NCBI GenBank assembly: GCA_004431415.1
Contig: QPMI01000409.1
Coordinates: forward strand, 248,001-312,000
Length of the DNA: 64,000 bases
Direction of reading: 5' to 3'
DNA from: Cyanophora paradoxa CCMP329
Taxonomy: Eukaryota > Plantae > Glaucophyta
Part shown: positions 1 to 11,984 of the stretch, in pieces
Position numbering within the stretch: the first letter of the stretch is position 1
Layout: every line of letters starts with the position of its first letter
Translations under genes and position numbers: made by a program
The notes under the pieces: model-generated
What the model was told of the DNA's origin: nothing
The model's input: only the letters and a program-made list of their open reading frames with translations
Databases searched by the model: none

Positions 1-479
1 TGCTCACGGCCGAGTCGGGGATGTGTGCTCGGCAACCCGCAGCGCCGGTGGGCACAGATGCCTGATATCGATGCTCTTCCGATCAGCTAATGTACTCGGT
101 AGTTCAGGCGCTCGACCGCGTTCGCGCATGCGCAGCGCCAGCGAGGACCTGCTTATCGGCTATGTTCTTCGATCGATCCAGCGCGCCGCGGGGAGCGATC
201 GGACAATCCAGAATGAGAGCTATACTTATATAAACGCGCCCGCGCCGCCGCGCCCAGAATTCAGCATCGCGATATCGATCGATATCTTGCGCTCTATGGC
301 GCTAGCCAGCATTTCGGAATGTGGCGACCTCCGCGCAATTCCCGGGTCCGAGTAACTAAGCTAAGTACCTGGCCGTGGGGGTACAGGGCACGGGGAGCAA
401 AGGGTCCTAGGCTCTTTCCTTGCTAGCCCAGCGATCGCAAGGTCGGGCGGGGTGCAGCGGCTGCAGAACGGGCTGGATG

Positions 480-3142
480 GCACGTGCTGGACGCGAATAG
501 GCAGCGCACGAACGCCGGAGAGCCGAACCGAAGCGAGTGATTGTAGCGAGTGCGGAGCGCCTCGTCCGAGATGCCCTTCGAGAATTTCCCCAGCAACTTT
601 GCGTGCTGCACTCCAGCAGTGTGCGTAGAAGTCGTTGCCGCCGTCTGCTCCGCTGCTGCCGTCGATGCACGCCCTTGACTGGCTTTTCAGGCCGCAGCCT
701 GGGAATGACGCCCTTCGACCAAAGTCTTCCATCGGCGACTATCTGGACCAGCATGTCCGAGCCAATTCCCAGGTTACAGCAGATGGCGCCCGGTTCCTCT
801 TCTCGGTGGGCTCGGAGCATGCCTCTCTGCCGCAGCCGGGTTGAGCTGACCGGCCCCGGCTTGCCTTTCGCACTTTTTGCAGATGCGACACACATTGCGG
901 GCACTTTACGTCAGCGCGAAGGACACCTCGCGTTTCCAGCAGCAGCACGAGAGCCTCTACCGGGAGTGGCGAGCTGGCGAGGAGCGTGCCCAGCAGATGG
1001 CGACGACGAACAGGTGGACATCGATGATATGCTGCCAGCCGTTCACCGGGTGCGCCGGCCTCCGCGGAGCCGTGAATTTCGTGCATGAGCTTGCCCAGGT
1101 CTCTGTGGCGACCGACCGAGCCGGAAGCGCCGGCTAGCGATGACGGCATGTCTGATTCCATGGAAGTAGACGGCGGGACGGGGATCGGGATGTCGTTGCC
1201 GGACGGGCCCCCGCAGTCGACGAGCGGCGGGCAGGCGGAGCCGACTATCAAGCTGCCGCCGGACAGCCTGACGCCGGCAGGGCTCCTCACCGTGCGTTTT
1301 GCATGCCGGGCGCGTGCCGTGCCCGTGCGCCGGGTCGAAGTGCTCGCTTCCGCAGGTCGGGCACTTGACGAACCTCAACATCCTCGTGATAGACTCGCTC
1401 CGGTGCGCTTCCGCCGCCGCGCCGCACAGTGCAGCGTATCCCTGACGTCTGACATCTCGCGCCGCCGTGCAGGCTGGACAACGCCAACCCATTCGACAGC
1501 CCCGTGCACACGCGGTACCAGGCGTGCATACGGCAGCTCTCGAACCTCACGCAGCTCCGGACGCTTTGCCTGGGCCCCAGCCTTCCGGTGCGCCCCCGCG
1601 CATCCCCGCGCCCCTCTCTCCGGCCGCCCACGCGCCCGGGCGGCGCGGGGCGCAGATCCCGGTGGCGATCCTGCGCGAGTGCCTGGCGCCGCTCGCGAGC
1701 CTCCAGACCCTCGAGTTCTCCGCCTTTGGGCCCGACGAGGTGCGCCGCCCCCGCCCCCGCCCCCTACGACTCCCACCCGACCCGATCGATCAGACGCGGG
1801 ACGTCCGGAGGCTCACGGAGGCCCTCGCTTCGATGCCGAGCCTCACGAGGTGCCCCGCCCCATGCCTCCCCTCCGCCCTCGTCCCCCCCCGGGGCCGAGC
1901 CGGGGCGGCGGCAGCATCCGGGTGGACCCGTCGCGGGTGCCGGCCCCCACGTACGCCATGTCCAAAGAGGTCCGCGAAGCTAAGCTCCAAGGCAATGCGA
2001 GCTGAGCTGAGCTGAGCTGGGCGCGGCTCACGCGGCGGGGGCGGCGGGGGCAGATCTTCCAGCAGCTCGTCAACATGAATCCGAACACGCCGCCCGGCCG
2101 CATGACTGCCCGCGACGCCGACCTCCTCGTGCGCCCGCGCACCTCCCCCGCGCGCCCGCGCGCCCGCCCACTGGAACGCCGCGCAGCCGCTGGGGCAGAT
2201 GGGGCAGCTGCGGCGGCTCTGCATCCCGGCGCTGGTGCACGGCTCGGGCTGTAGCGTGCAGTACCTGGCGGGGCTGCCTCAGGTGCGCTCGCTAGCGGGG
2301 CGGAGGGACGCGAGGGGGCGTGCGGGTGCGGGTGCGAGGAGGGGGCGGGGCGCAGCTGGAGGAGCTGGCGGTGGCGGTGGCGAAGCCGGACGAGCTCGAC
2401 TTCGCGCCGCTCGCCTCCCTGCAGGGCCTCCTCCGCCTCGAGGTCGAGGCCACCAACTCGGACGACTCCATGACCGCAGGCAACTTCCCCGCCGCCTTCA
2501 GCACCGTCCGCCCCCGCCCCCGCCCCCGCCCCCGCCCCTGGCCCCGGCCCCGCGCTCGGCTTGGGCGTGGGCGCGAGCGTGGCGGGGCGGGCGCAGCTGA
2601 AGTGCCTGCGGAGAGTGCGGCTCTCGTGCTTCTGGGAGGGGATCACGGGCTCGATCGAGAGCTTCCCGCCCCAGCTCGAGGTGCTCCGCCTCGGCTACGT
2701 GGACGGCGCCGACGCCGTGCTGCCCCGCTTCGCCGCCCTCCGCGCCCTCCGCCACCTCGAGCTCTTCCTCACCGTCCGCCCCCCCCGCCCCGCTTTGCTT
2801 TGGCTTGCCTTGCCTTGCGTTGCCCCCGGCTGAGGGGACGCCGGCGGCAGGACCGCATCCCGGACGACATCTCGGCCTTCCGCGGCCTCGCGCACCTCAA
2901 GACCCTCGCCATCCACAGTCCGCCCCCGGCCCCGCCCCCCCCCCCCCCCCCCCCCCCCCCGCCCGGCTTCTTCTCCCGGCTGACAGGCGGGCGCCCTTGC
3001 CCCGCGGCTCCTCGCAGCGCCGGCGGTGCAGGGGTCGGAGGACGACGTGCGGCGCTGCATGTCCGACCTCGAGTACATCCGCTCCGCCCTGCCCCTCACC
3101 GCCGTCGCCCTCAACCCCCCCACCGAGGACGCCTACATCTGA
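480..3142 (+). CDS. Leucine-rich-repeat protein (multi-exon; 5' end uncertain)
   Basis: Spliced exons give LRR-like units: VGHLTNLNILVI, LSNLTQLRTLCL, LASLQTLEF, LASLQGLLRLEV, FPPQLEVLRL, FRGLAHLKTLAI. The last exon ends ...PPTEDAYI-TGA at 3140-3142. Confidence 0.6.
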
Positions 3143-3746
3143 TCCCCCGCCCCGGCCCCGGCCCCCCTGACTCGCCCCGCCCCGCCGCCCTCTGGCGGGG
3201 CGGGCGGCGGCTCCATCGACCGTGTTTCACTACGGGCGCTAGTATGCATATGTATGCACCACAGCTTTGCGTGTATCCTACACCCGTCCGTACTCTTTTA
3301 CTTAGAACGACCATGAACGACTGGATCTGTTTAGCACGGATTTCAGACGTTAAAGTATTCAGTTTTCACCAGTGCCGTGCAGCCGATAGGACATGGATCA
3401 TAGCTAGATGCCCTAGTGCTTCGACAGCCAGCCGTCTCCGAGCTTTGCATTTGTGGATCGTAATCGTATTCTTAGCATCGTCTTTATCATACTACTGTAC
3501 TTGAACAAGATGCGTAATGATTGATTTGGTTGAATGTGCCCCTGCAGCTGCCATACTCGAAAAGCACCACAAGAGGCCCGGGCCCCGGCTGCCAGGCCGA
3601 TTGCATAGCCTAGTAGCAGAAATCAATTAGAATAATGCACGTATCATGATCATGAACGCCACTGGGCAGACCCCAGGAGCACAATGCGACACACGACCCC
3701 GCATACCGATCAATAAATCCTATGATAGCTCGCAGCCCGGCAGCGG

Positions 3747-4372
3747 CTAGGGCTGGGGTGCCCCCGGGGGCTTGAGGTTCTTGAAAGTCTGCTCGAACCT
3801 GCGCTTGCGGGGGTGCACGGGGCGTTCTAGTAAGGACACTGTGACATGGCGTCGAGAACTTTAGAAGATTTTCTGGCCGGCGTGGCTTCAAGAAATGCAA
3901 TGACAGGAGAGGAGCTTGGGGGGCGAAGCCGGCGTGTGGGGGCAGCGGAGCGAGAAGAAGGGGCGTGGGGCGGCGGCGCACCGCTGGACGACGGCGAGGA
4001 CCTCGGGGTCCCTGAGGTACTCCATCGCCTTCGATCTGCGCCCCGCCCGGTTGCAACGTCGAACTCGCCGAGGCACGGGGCGAGAACGCACGGGTCCTTC
4101 ATCATGTTCTGCAGGGAGGCGGAGGAAGGCGAGTCAGAGTCAGTGTGCCGCAGTGCGCGTGCCGCGCGCGGGCCCGGGGGCAATCTGGAATCCGAGCTCG
4201 ATATCGCTGATCTAGCTGCACACCTGCATGGCGCCGACGAACTTGGGGTTGCGCATCATCTCAACGAGCTTCGGATCCTTCATGATTTCCTGCAGCCGGG
4301 AAGGAGCCGATGAGCGGTGTGGGGCGTCGAACTGGCGCGTCGAACCATTTGCATCTTTGCAACGTCTTCCAT
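3747..4372 (-). CDS. Small STI1/HOP-DP-domain protein
   Basis: Spliced product MEDVAKMQM|EIMKDPKLVEMMRNPKFVGAMQ|NMMKDP|SKAMEYLRDPEVLAVVQR|FEQTFKNLKPPGAPQP*. DP/NP Met-rich helical repeats are typical of STI1 motifs. Confidence 0.7.
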
Positions 4373-4724
4373 CTTAACTCCCGGCGGTAGCGAGAAGGGG
4401 AAAGGGCCTGGCGGGGACGGCGCTGAGCGGACGTGCGCAGTGCAACTCTAGCTAAGCGCCGGCGGGCGGGCGCTCACTCTTGCCAGCTGCGCCTGATGCT
4501 GCCTCCGCTCCCGCTTTCTGTGTGCGCCGGACGATCATTGAGTCGGCGCGCGCGCGGCGGATGCGGGACGGGCACGATGCAGACCTCTGCGGCACCCTTC
4601 CCCAGGATATTGCCGATGCCAGCAAAGAACCGACCCGCCATGGCTGCTAGGCTAGCGGGGGCTACAGGCTCGAGACTCTATACCCCTAGCCGACCTGGCC
4701 AGGCTGGCCAAGATCACTTCTTCG

Positions 4725-6631
4725 ATGCAGTCCCAGGGCGCCTTCGTAGTTCCTGCATCCGCCCCTGTGCGAGGCCGCCAGATGGCCTCGTTCGCCGCGC
4801 GCGCGGCCTGCCAGGGCGCGTGCAGATCGTTCTCGTCAGCGGCCGCCTCCGAGGCCCGGGCGGCGTCTGCAGCGAAGCCTATCGTGCTGCAGCACCGTTT
4901 CGAGGTCGTCGATGCCCGCACGAGCTCGTTCCTCGGCGGCAAGATGGGCGGCGCTCGGCGCACGGGCGGCAACAGCCTCCGCCCGAAGCGCCTGCCGGCG
5001 GAGGTGGCGGAGGTGGTCGCTCAAGGGAAAGGCGAGCTTGCTCCAGGCCTGGCTCGGTGCCTGCGCCGGGCGCTGTGGAATATCTGACCACCGAGCAGGC
5101 TTTGACTCGTCGTCGGCCGCCTCGTCGACGAAAAAGAAGGCCGGCGCGGCGCTCGCCAACATCGCAAAGATAATGAGGCCCGTCAGCCTGCGGCCGGAAG
5201 GCCAGCGGGTCCGCAAGGGCGTCGTCTCCCCGCAGCTCGACGTGCCGGAGGACATCCAGCGGCCGCCGTACGCGCAGCCCAAGGGCCGCGTGCGCCGCCT
5301 CATGGGCATGAACCGCGGCATCGAGATCAAATCCGCGGAGGCCATCGCGAAGATGCGCCGCTCGGGCCGCCTTGCCGCCGAGATCCTGCAGTTCGCCGGC
5401 TCGCTCGTCAAGGTCCGGGCCCCCGCCGGTCCCGCCCGCCCTGCCGCGCAGGCGTGACCGGTGCTGCGGCAGCCCGGCGTCACGACCGACGACATCGATC
5501 GTGCCGTGCACGCGATGTGCGTCCTCAACGGGGCCTACCCCTCGCCGCTCAACTACGACGGCTTCCCCAAGGTGCCCCCCGGCCTCCGCAACCCCCTCCC
5601 CACCCCCACCGACCGTCGCGCGCTACCAGTCCGTCTGCACGAGCGTCAACGAGGTCGTCTGCCACGGCATCCCGGACAGGCCCGCCCCCTCCCGCCCAGT
5701 TCCCGTACCCCGCGCCAAAGCTCGCCTTGCGCGCGCGCAGCCGGAAGCTGGTGGACGGGGACATCTGCAACATTGACGTCACGGTGTACCTGGACGGGTA
5801 CCACGGGGACACGAACGCGACCTTCTTCTGCGGGGAGGCGGACGAGGCGAGCCGGCGGCTCGTCGAGACGACGCACAAGTGCCTGCACAGCGCCATCGCC
5901 GCCTGCCGCCCCGGCGTGCCTCTCAACAAGATCGGCGAGGTCATCAGGTGATCCGCCCCCGCCCCCGACCTGCTCTTCGTCCCCCCCCCCCTCCCCCCCT
6001 CCCCCCCCTTACTTTTTTGCCGGCAGCGACATCGCGGCGGAGGCGGGGTACGGGATCGTGGAGGAGTACTGCGGGCACGGCATCGGCTCCGAGTTCCACT
6101 GCGACCCGTCCGTCTTCCACTGCAGTGCGGCCCGCCGCCCGCCCCCGCGTCCAGTGCCGTGTACCCCGGGCGACGCCCCCGGCAGAGAACGAGGACCGGA
6201 CGAAGATGAAGGCGGGGATGACCTTCACCATCGGTGCGCCCCGTGCCCCCCTCCCCTTCCCCTCGGCCTCGCCCCCCGCCCGAGCTTCGCTGTGCAGAGC
6301 CGATGGTGAACGAGGGCGGCAAGGGGACGGCGCTGTGGGACGACCGCTGGACCGTCGTCACCCGCGACGGCGGCCGCTCCGCCCAGGCGAGCGCGCGCCG
6401 GGGCGGGCGGGGGCCAGCCGCCCGGCCGACCGCCGCAGCGAACACGCGCGCTGACGGGCGGGCAGTTTGAGCACACGATCCTGATCACGGAAGACGGCGC
6501 CGACATCCTCACCTCCCTCGGCGACGCCCCCGAGTTCAAGGTCCGCCCCGCCCGCCCCGCCCTGCCGGTGCCGCTTCTGCTGCCCGCCGGCTGTGCGAGC
6601 CGCCCCGTCGCAGATCCCGGAGAGCTGGTGA
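4725..6631 (+). CDS. MAP1: Methionine aminopeptidase type 1, organelle (probably plastid) targeted
   Basis: Motifs [12 protein letters not shown]|[48 protein letters not shown]|[20 protein letters not shown]|FEHTILIT. Ala/Ser/Arg-rich N-terminal extension MQSQGAFVV...SSFLGG. Confidence 0.92.
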
Positions 6632-6875
6632 GGCGCGCGCTTCGCCCAGCTCCAGGGCCGGATTTTGTATGAAATGTACTTGATTCTGCTTGTTCGCCCG
6701 GCGCCGGCAGCGAGGGGCCCCGGCAGCGCGCGCGCACGGGGTCAGGGCCGAGGCGAGCGAATGCGAATCACTTCAATATTAAAGCATGGGGGAGACGGGG
6801 TCCTAGCGCTAACATATACTGCACAGGGGTCAGCGGGGGCGCGCCAGCTGCTGCAGGCCACGCCAGCGCTGCGGG

Positions 6876-8410
6876 TTACACGTTGCTGCCGCCCGAGGGC
6901 TGCTCGCCGGGGGCCCCCGCCTGGGGCCGCTCCAGCGAGTTGAGGAGGGCCAGCGCGCGTTGCCTGATCGAAGCGAACATGCGGTAAAGTAGACTGCACG
7001 TTAGTGAGACGGGCCGGGGGCGCGCGGCGGCCGGCGCGCACCTCCTCCGCTCGGCGTCCTGCGGGTTGCCGCCCAGCGCCGAGCCGCCGGCCGGCGCTGC
7101 GCGGAAGTGCGTCGGCTGGCCCAGCCCGAGCGACTGGTGCACCGCCGCTGTGGGGGAGGCGCGTCAGTCAGGCGGAGAGCGCGCTCTCCGCCGGCGGGGC
7201 GCGCGCACAGCCGGTCCAGCAGCGGCAGCAGAGGAGGAAGAAGATGTTGGAGACCTGGCGCGGCGCGACGTGAGGCGGGCCCGAGGCGCGCTCGCTCGCT
7301 CCTTCCGGCGCACGGGGGTGACGACGGGCGCGAGCACGTCGGGGAAGAAGCTGGCGAAGGAGAAGGTGCTGCTGGCGTCTCCGCGCGAGCCATCCGGCTG
7401 CGCGCGAGCGGGCGCGGGCGTGGGCGGCGGCGCGCGATGCGCTGACAGCTCAGAGCGACGGACCTTCTCTTGGAAGAAGCGGAGGTATACCCAGCCAAAG
7501 ATAGTCCCAAAGACAATCCACGGCAGGTCGGCGCCTCCGGCGCCCAGCATCCAGAAGAGGACCGAGACGAGAATCCAGAGCACCGGGACCGCCTGCGCGC
7601 GGAATTCGAGGTCGGAGGAGACCGAGAAAGAAACAGCAGGCGGTCAGGAAGCTGATGAAGGCTGGCAGACCTTCGCTTTGAACTTAAACGCAAAGAGGAA
7701 ACTGATCTCATGGTTCGGGACCAGTTGCTGCGACAGCGTGACTTAAGTTCGGCGAAGCGGGAAGTTCAATGGAGGTCCAGACCTTGACGGCAACGGTGAA
7801 GGCGGAGAGTGCGCCGTAAAAGCCCGAAGTGGGGAAGATGCTGGTGTAGCGGTCAGCGGTCCGGCGAGGGCAGTTACATGCGGGGCCCGCACGCACAGGA
7901 CGAGCTCTTTCGCGCCGCCGGAGAGCGCGTACAGAGCGATGGCGGACATGAAGGTCGCGAACTGCGCAAGGGCGTTCACACGCGGCCACCGAAGCCACCG
8001 CGTACGTCCGTACCGCCGTGAGAATGTTGACGACGAAAATGAACTTCAGGAACTCCTTCGAACCCCACACAGGCTCGAGGTACTTTCCAGCGAAGACGAC
8101 GCCGAGAATGCTGAAGAGCGCGGTGAGGAGTGTCGTGCAGAAGAAGCCGGAGGTGACGAGGTTCCATATGAAGTAGCTGCCGATTGTGCGGATGGGCACG
8201 AGGGCGAGGAGCTGGACCGTGCCGGGAATCCATGAAAGCAGGTAGCCGACGCCGAGCGCCGCGGCTAGGTACTGTGTCAACCTGCGTCCGATCAGCCGTG
8301 CCGCCCAGCCGCAGGACAACCAGAACGACAGAGCGTGCGGACTTCGGCACATTCGAAAGCAGTCCGGCGAGCGGGTTCTGAAACTGCGGGACGCTCGGCT
8401 GCCCCTGCAT
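6876..8410 (-). CDS. TMEM115: TMEM115 / rhomboid-like (DUF1751) Golgi membrane protein
   Basis: FIWNLVTSGFF, GKYLEPVWGSKEFLKF, GF.G..SAFTVAVK|QQLVPNHE, GWVYLRFFQ, RGDASSTFSFASFFP and the C-terminal DAERR|RQRALALL are hallmark TMEM115 motifs. Confidence 0.88.
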
Positions 8411-8523
8411 TGCGCCAGTACCCACACCGGATCGTTCTACCGACGCAAGGCCGCACAAGCGCTCCTAATGCGAATTCTGTACCCGGGCGGCGTTCATCCC
8501 CGGCAGATTAGGAGCAGATTCCA

Positions 8524-11108
8524 ATGAGCAGTTCGTGCTTCGCCTCGCCGGCGCCGGTGGCCCGCGCGGGTCGTTGCAATGCGGCGCACCAGCTGCGGAG
8601 CTCCGCCTCGTGCCAGCAGAGCCTTGCGCAGTGCCGGCCCGCCCTAAGGGCCCAGCCGGCGGATGCAGGCCGCCTCCGCTGGCGCCTCGTCGCGCGTCCG
8701 GTCTCGTTCGCGGCCTCGGGACGCCCCGCGGCTGGCCCCAGCCCGCCGGGCCGGGCCTCGCCGCTGGACGTGCGCTGCGACGCGGCCCTGTTCGAGGACG
8801 AGGAGATCTCTACTTCGTCTGTCGGCGACCTCATCGATTGGCTCGTCGACAACGGTACGCAGCACGCTGGGAGGCGGGGCCGCAACGAACGCCTGCCGCT
8901 CCGTTGAGCGCGCGGCCGCCCCTCACGCCGCCCGGTCCCGCGCGCAGGCCTGCCGACCGAGCAGCTGGATGTGGTGTCGATTGCATTCTTCCGGGAGGCG
9001 GGGCGCGGGCTCCTCAGCAAGCGGAAGATCAAGCGGGAGGAGATGATCGTCGACGTGCCGGCCAAGCTGCTGATGAACGAGGAGACAGCGCGCGCGTCGG
9101 TCATCGGCGGCCCGCTGGAAGGCGTCGAGCTCGACGAGTTCGTTGTCATCGCCCTTCACCTCCTCCACGAGCGCAGCCTCGGCGCCGACAGGCGCGGCCC
9201 CGCCCCGCCCCGCCCCGCCCCCGCGCCCAACTCAAGGCCCCCGCAGCTTCTGGGCCCCCTACATCCGGGCACTTCCCGATTTCGTCGACGCCGCCGTGTG
9301 CGTACCTGTACCCCCGCTCGCAGTTGTGCGGACCGAGGGCTGAGCGGGGGTACAGCTTCTGGGAGGAGTCGCGGCTGGAGCGGCTCCTGAAGGGCTCCCC
9401 GGTGATCCTCGCGGCCCGGCGGCTCCGGGCGCAGGTCGAGGGCGCCTTCGCCTCCCTCGAGCGCGAGATCTTCGCCCAGGTCCCCCCCCCCCCCCCCCCT
9501 CCCCGCGTGCTGAGAGGGGCACGCGCGCGCGCAGCACCGGGACATCTTCCCCGCCGACGTCTTCAACCTCACCGAGTTCAAGTGGTGCGCGGGGCCCCCT
9601 CCTCCCTCCCCGCACCCCCCGCGCCTCACCGCTCCTCGGCGCAGGGCCTTCTCGATGATCCTGTCGCGCGCGGTGTTCATGCCGTCGACGGGCAAAGTCG
9701 CCATGGTCCCCCTCGCCGACCTCGCGTGCGGCCCCGCCCCGCCAGAGCCGGCCTCGCGCCCGCGCCGGCCACGCCGCTGACCCCGCGCGGGCAGGAACCA
9801 CACGGACACGTGCACGAGCTTCATCGACTTCGACAAGCAGGCCAAGGCCGTCCGCGTCTACGCCGACATCGGGTCCGCCCGCGCCGGCGCCCGCCCGTCC
9901 GGCCCGGGCCTCACCGCTGCGCCCCGGCCGCGCGGGCGCGCCGCCCAGGTACGAGGAAGGCGAGCAGGTCTTCGCGTGCTACGGGCAGAAGTCCAACGCC
10001 GAGCTGCTCCTCGGGTGCGCCCCCGCCCGCCCGCCCCGCCGCTGTCGCCCTCCGAGGCGCCCCGCCCCCCGCAGGTACGGCTTCGCGATCGAGGACAACG
10101 AGCACGACTGCATGGACATCACCGTCCAGGTGGGGCCCGCCCTCCCTTCTGAGCTTTCCCTCCACCCGGCGAGCCGACTCGGGTGCGGCGCCTGGGCAGC
10201 TGGACGAGAGCGACTCGGCGTACGCAGCGAAGGCGGCCGTCCTCGAGAAGGCCGGCATGAAGCCCGTCATGGTGCGCCGCGCCTGCACCGCCGAGGCTCG
10301 CGAGGCCGAGGGCGACGGGGCGGGGCGGGGGCAGACGTTCCCGCTGGCGGACGGCAAGTTCGCGCAGGAGATGTTCGCCTTCCTTCGCCTCGTGCGCCCC
10401 GCCCCGCCCCGCCCCGCCCCGGCAGCCCCGAAGAGCGCGGCGGGCGGCCTGGAGAGGAGCCGCCCGGGGCCTTGCTCAGCGCCTTACGGGGGCTCTCTGG
10501 CAGGCGGCGCTGCGGAACGACGAGGAGGCGCGGCGCCTGGGGCCCGGCATCTTCGAGGACGTCTCCCGGCCCGTGCGCCCCCGCCCCGCCCCGCCCCACC
10601 TCGTTCCACTCGCCGCTTGCTCTTCTAGACGCCCGGCGACCAGCTGCGGGCCAGGCCCTCCCTCCCCCTCTTCCGCCCCCCTCACTCCCGCCCCCGGCCC
10701 GGCCGGCCCCCTCCCGCCCCTGACCCGGCGGGCGCTGACCTTGGGGGCGGCGGCAGGTGAGCAACGCGAACGAGCGGACGATGTGCCGCTCCTTCGTGAG
10801 CCTCGTCGACTCGCTGCTCGCCGCGTACCCCAACCCCCTCCAGGAGACCCTCTCCAAGTGCGCTTTCGCCCCGCCCCCAGACCTGCGACCACCCGCTCGA
10901 GCATGCTGAGGCGCGCGGTGCAGGATGGGCGAGAAGGGCCCCGCGTCCTCGTACGCCGCCTCCCTCCGCAAGGGCGAGAAGAAGATCCTCAAGGCCCGCC
11001 CGAGCGCTTGTTCCGATGCCGATCCTGGGCCCGTTCTGAGCCGCCGGCCGGTCGCAGGTTTGCCGCAAGGAGGCGCTTCTCCGTCTGCGCCAGTTCTCCG
11101 ACGAATGA
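8524..11108 (+). CDS. SET-domain Rubisco-LSMT-like lysine methyltransferase, probably plastid targeted
   Basis: Motifs GRGLL, FWAPYIRALP, WAFSMILSRA, MVPLADL|NH, GEQVFACYGQKSNAELLLGYGF, followed by a substrate-binding-like region. N-terminus MSSSCFASPAP... resembles a transit peptide. Stop TGA at 11106-11108. Confidence 0.85.
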
Positions 11109-11984
11109 GGGGCCCCGGCGCCTTGGTCCCGGCGCGCCTCGCGCGCCGGCGCCGAGCGCCGGCTGGGCGTATATCTCGCTACCGCCTTGTCTTGCGCTTG
11201 CGCATGCGCATTCCCCATGCCACTTCCCAGCCCTTCCTGTACCGCCCGTCCAGTCGATCCCCTTATTCGCGCGAGTCCCGACGGCGCGCGTAGCCATGTG
11301 GCCAGCAGCACGCCCGGCCCAGCAAGCGGAGATTTGCGCTGTGGGGCGGCGAGGCCGTCGGATCACAAACATGGACTCTTTGTCAGTCTATCGCGGCTCT
11401 CGCACACAGCAGAGACCGGCTGGAGCAGCCGGGCTTGAATTCGAGCGCTTGCGGGCGCATAGTCTTGGTGTACCCAGGTGGCCAGCAGAACAGCTCTAAC
11501 GAGCGACCCCGCCAGCTATTTGGGAAGCTTGAAGGAGATCAATCAAGCAAGCCAGCGGCGCTGTGGTCCGAAATCGGACCGGCCGTTGTCGCGTGGCACG
11601 CGTCAATGCATTTCAGACACAGAGAGGTCGACTGTCCTCAGAGGTGAGCCGGCCGCGATCGACGTCGCTCGAACATTGCGGGAACAATCTCTAAAACAAT
11701 TTAATGCGACTAGTCTGGCTGCGGAGGCCGGCCGCACAGCGCGACCGGCACGCCCACTGTTCGCCTCGATAGGCACCACATCGAGCGCGCTTATAGTCCA
11801 ACCTATCCGTTTCTGACGCTCTACTCCCATCTGCAGCTGAGACGTCGAAACTGGTTCTCGCGCACTACGACTTGCAGCTGAAATCGCTCGCAAGGTGAGC
11901 GTGTCTCTGTCGTATTGATTCTGCGGAAGCGTGCGCTGATGAGCAGGCCAGCAGGCGTGTTTAATCCCGCTTTTTGCCGGGGAC

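Noticed and set aside
2930-2961. Long poly-C/poly-G runs (also ~28419, ~33390, ~43530, ~52900) as G-quadruplex regulators
   Set aside because: These are intronic homopolymers of unreliable length in a very GC-rich genome, with no specific evidence of function.
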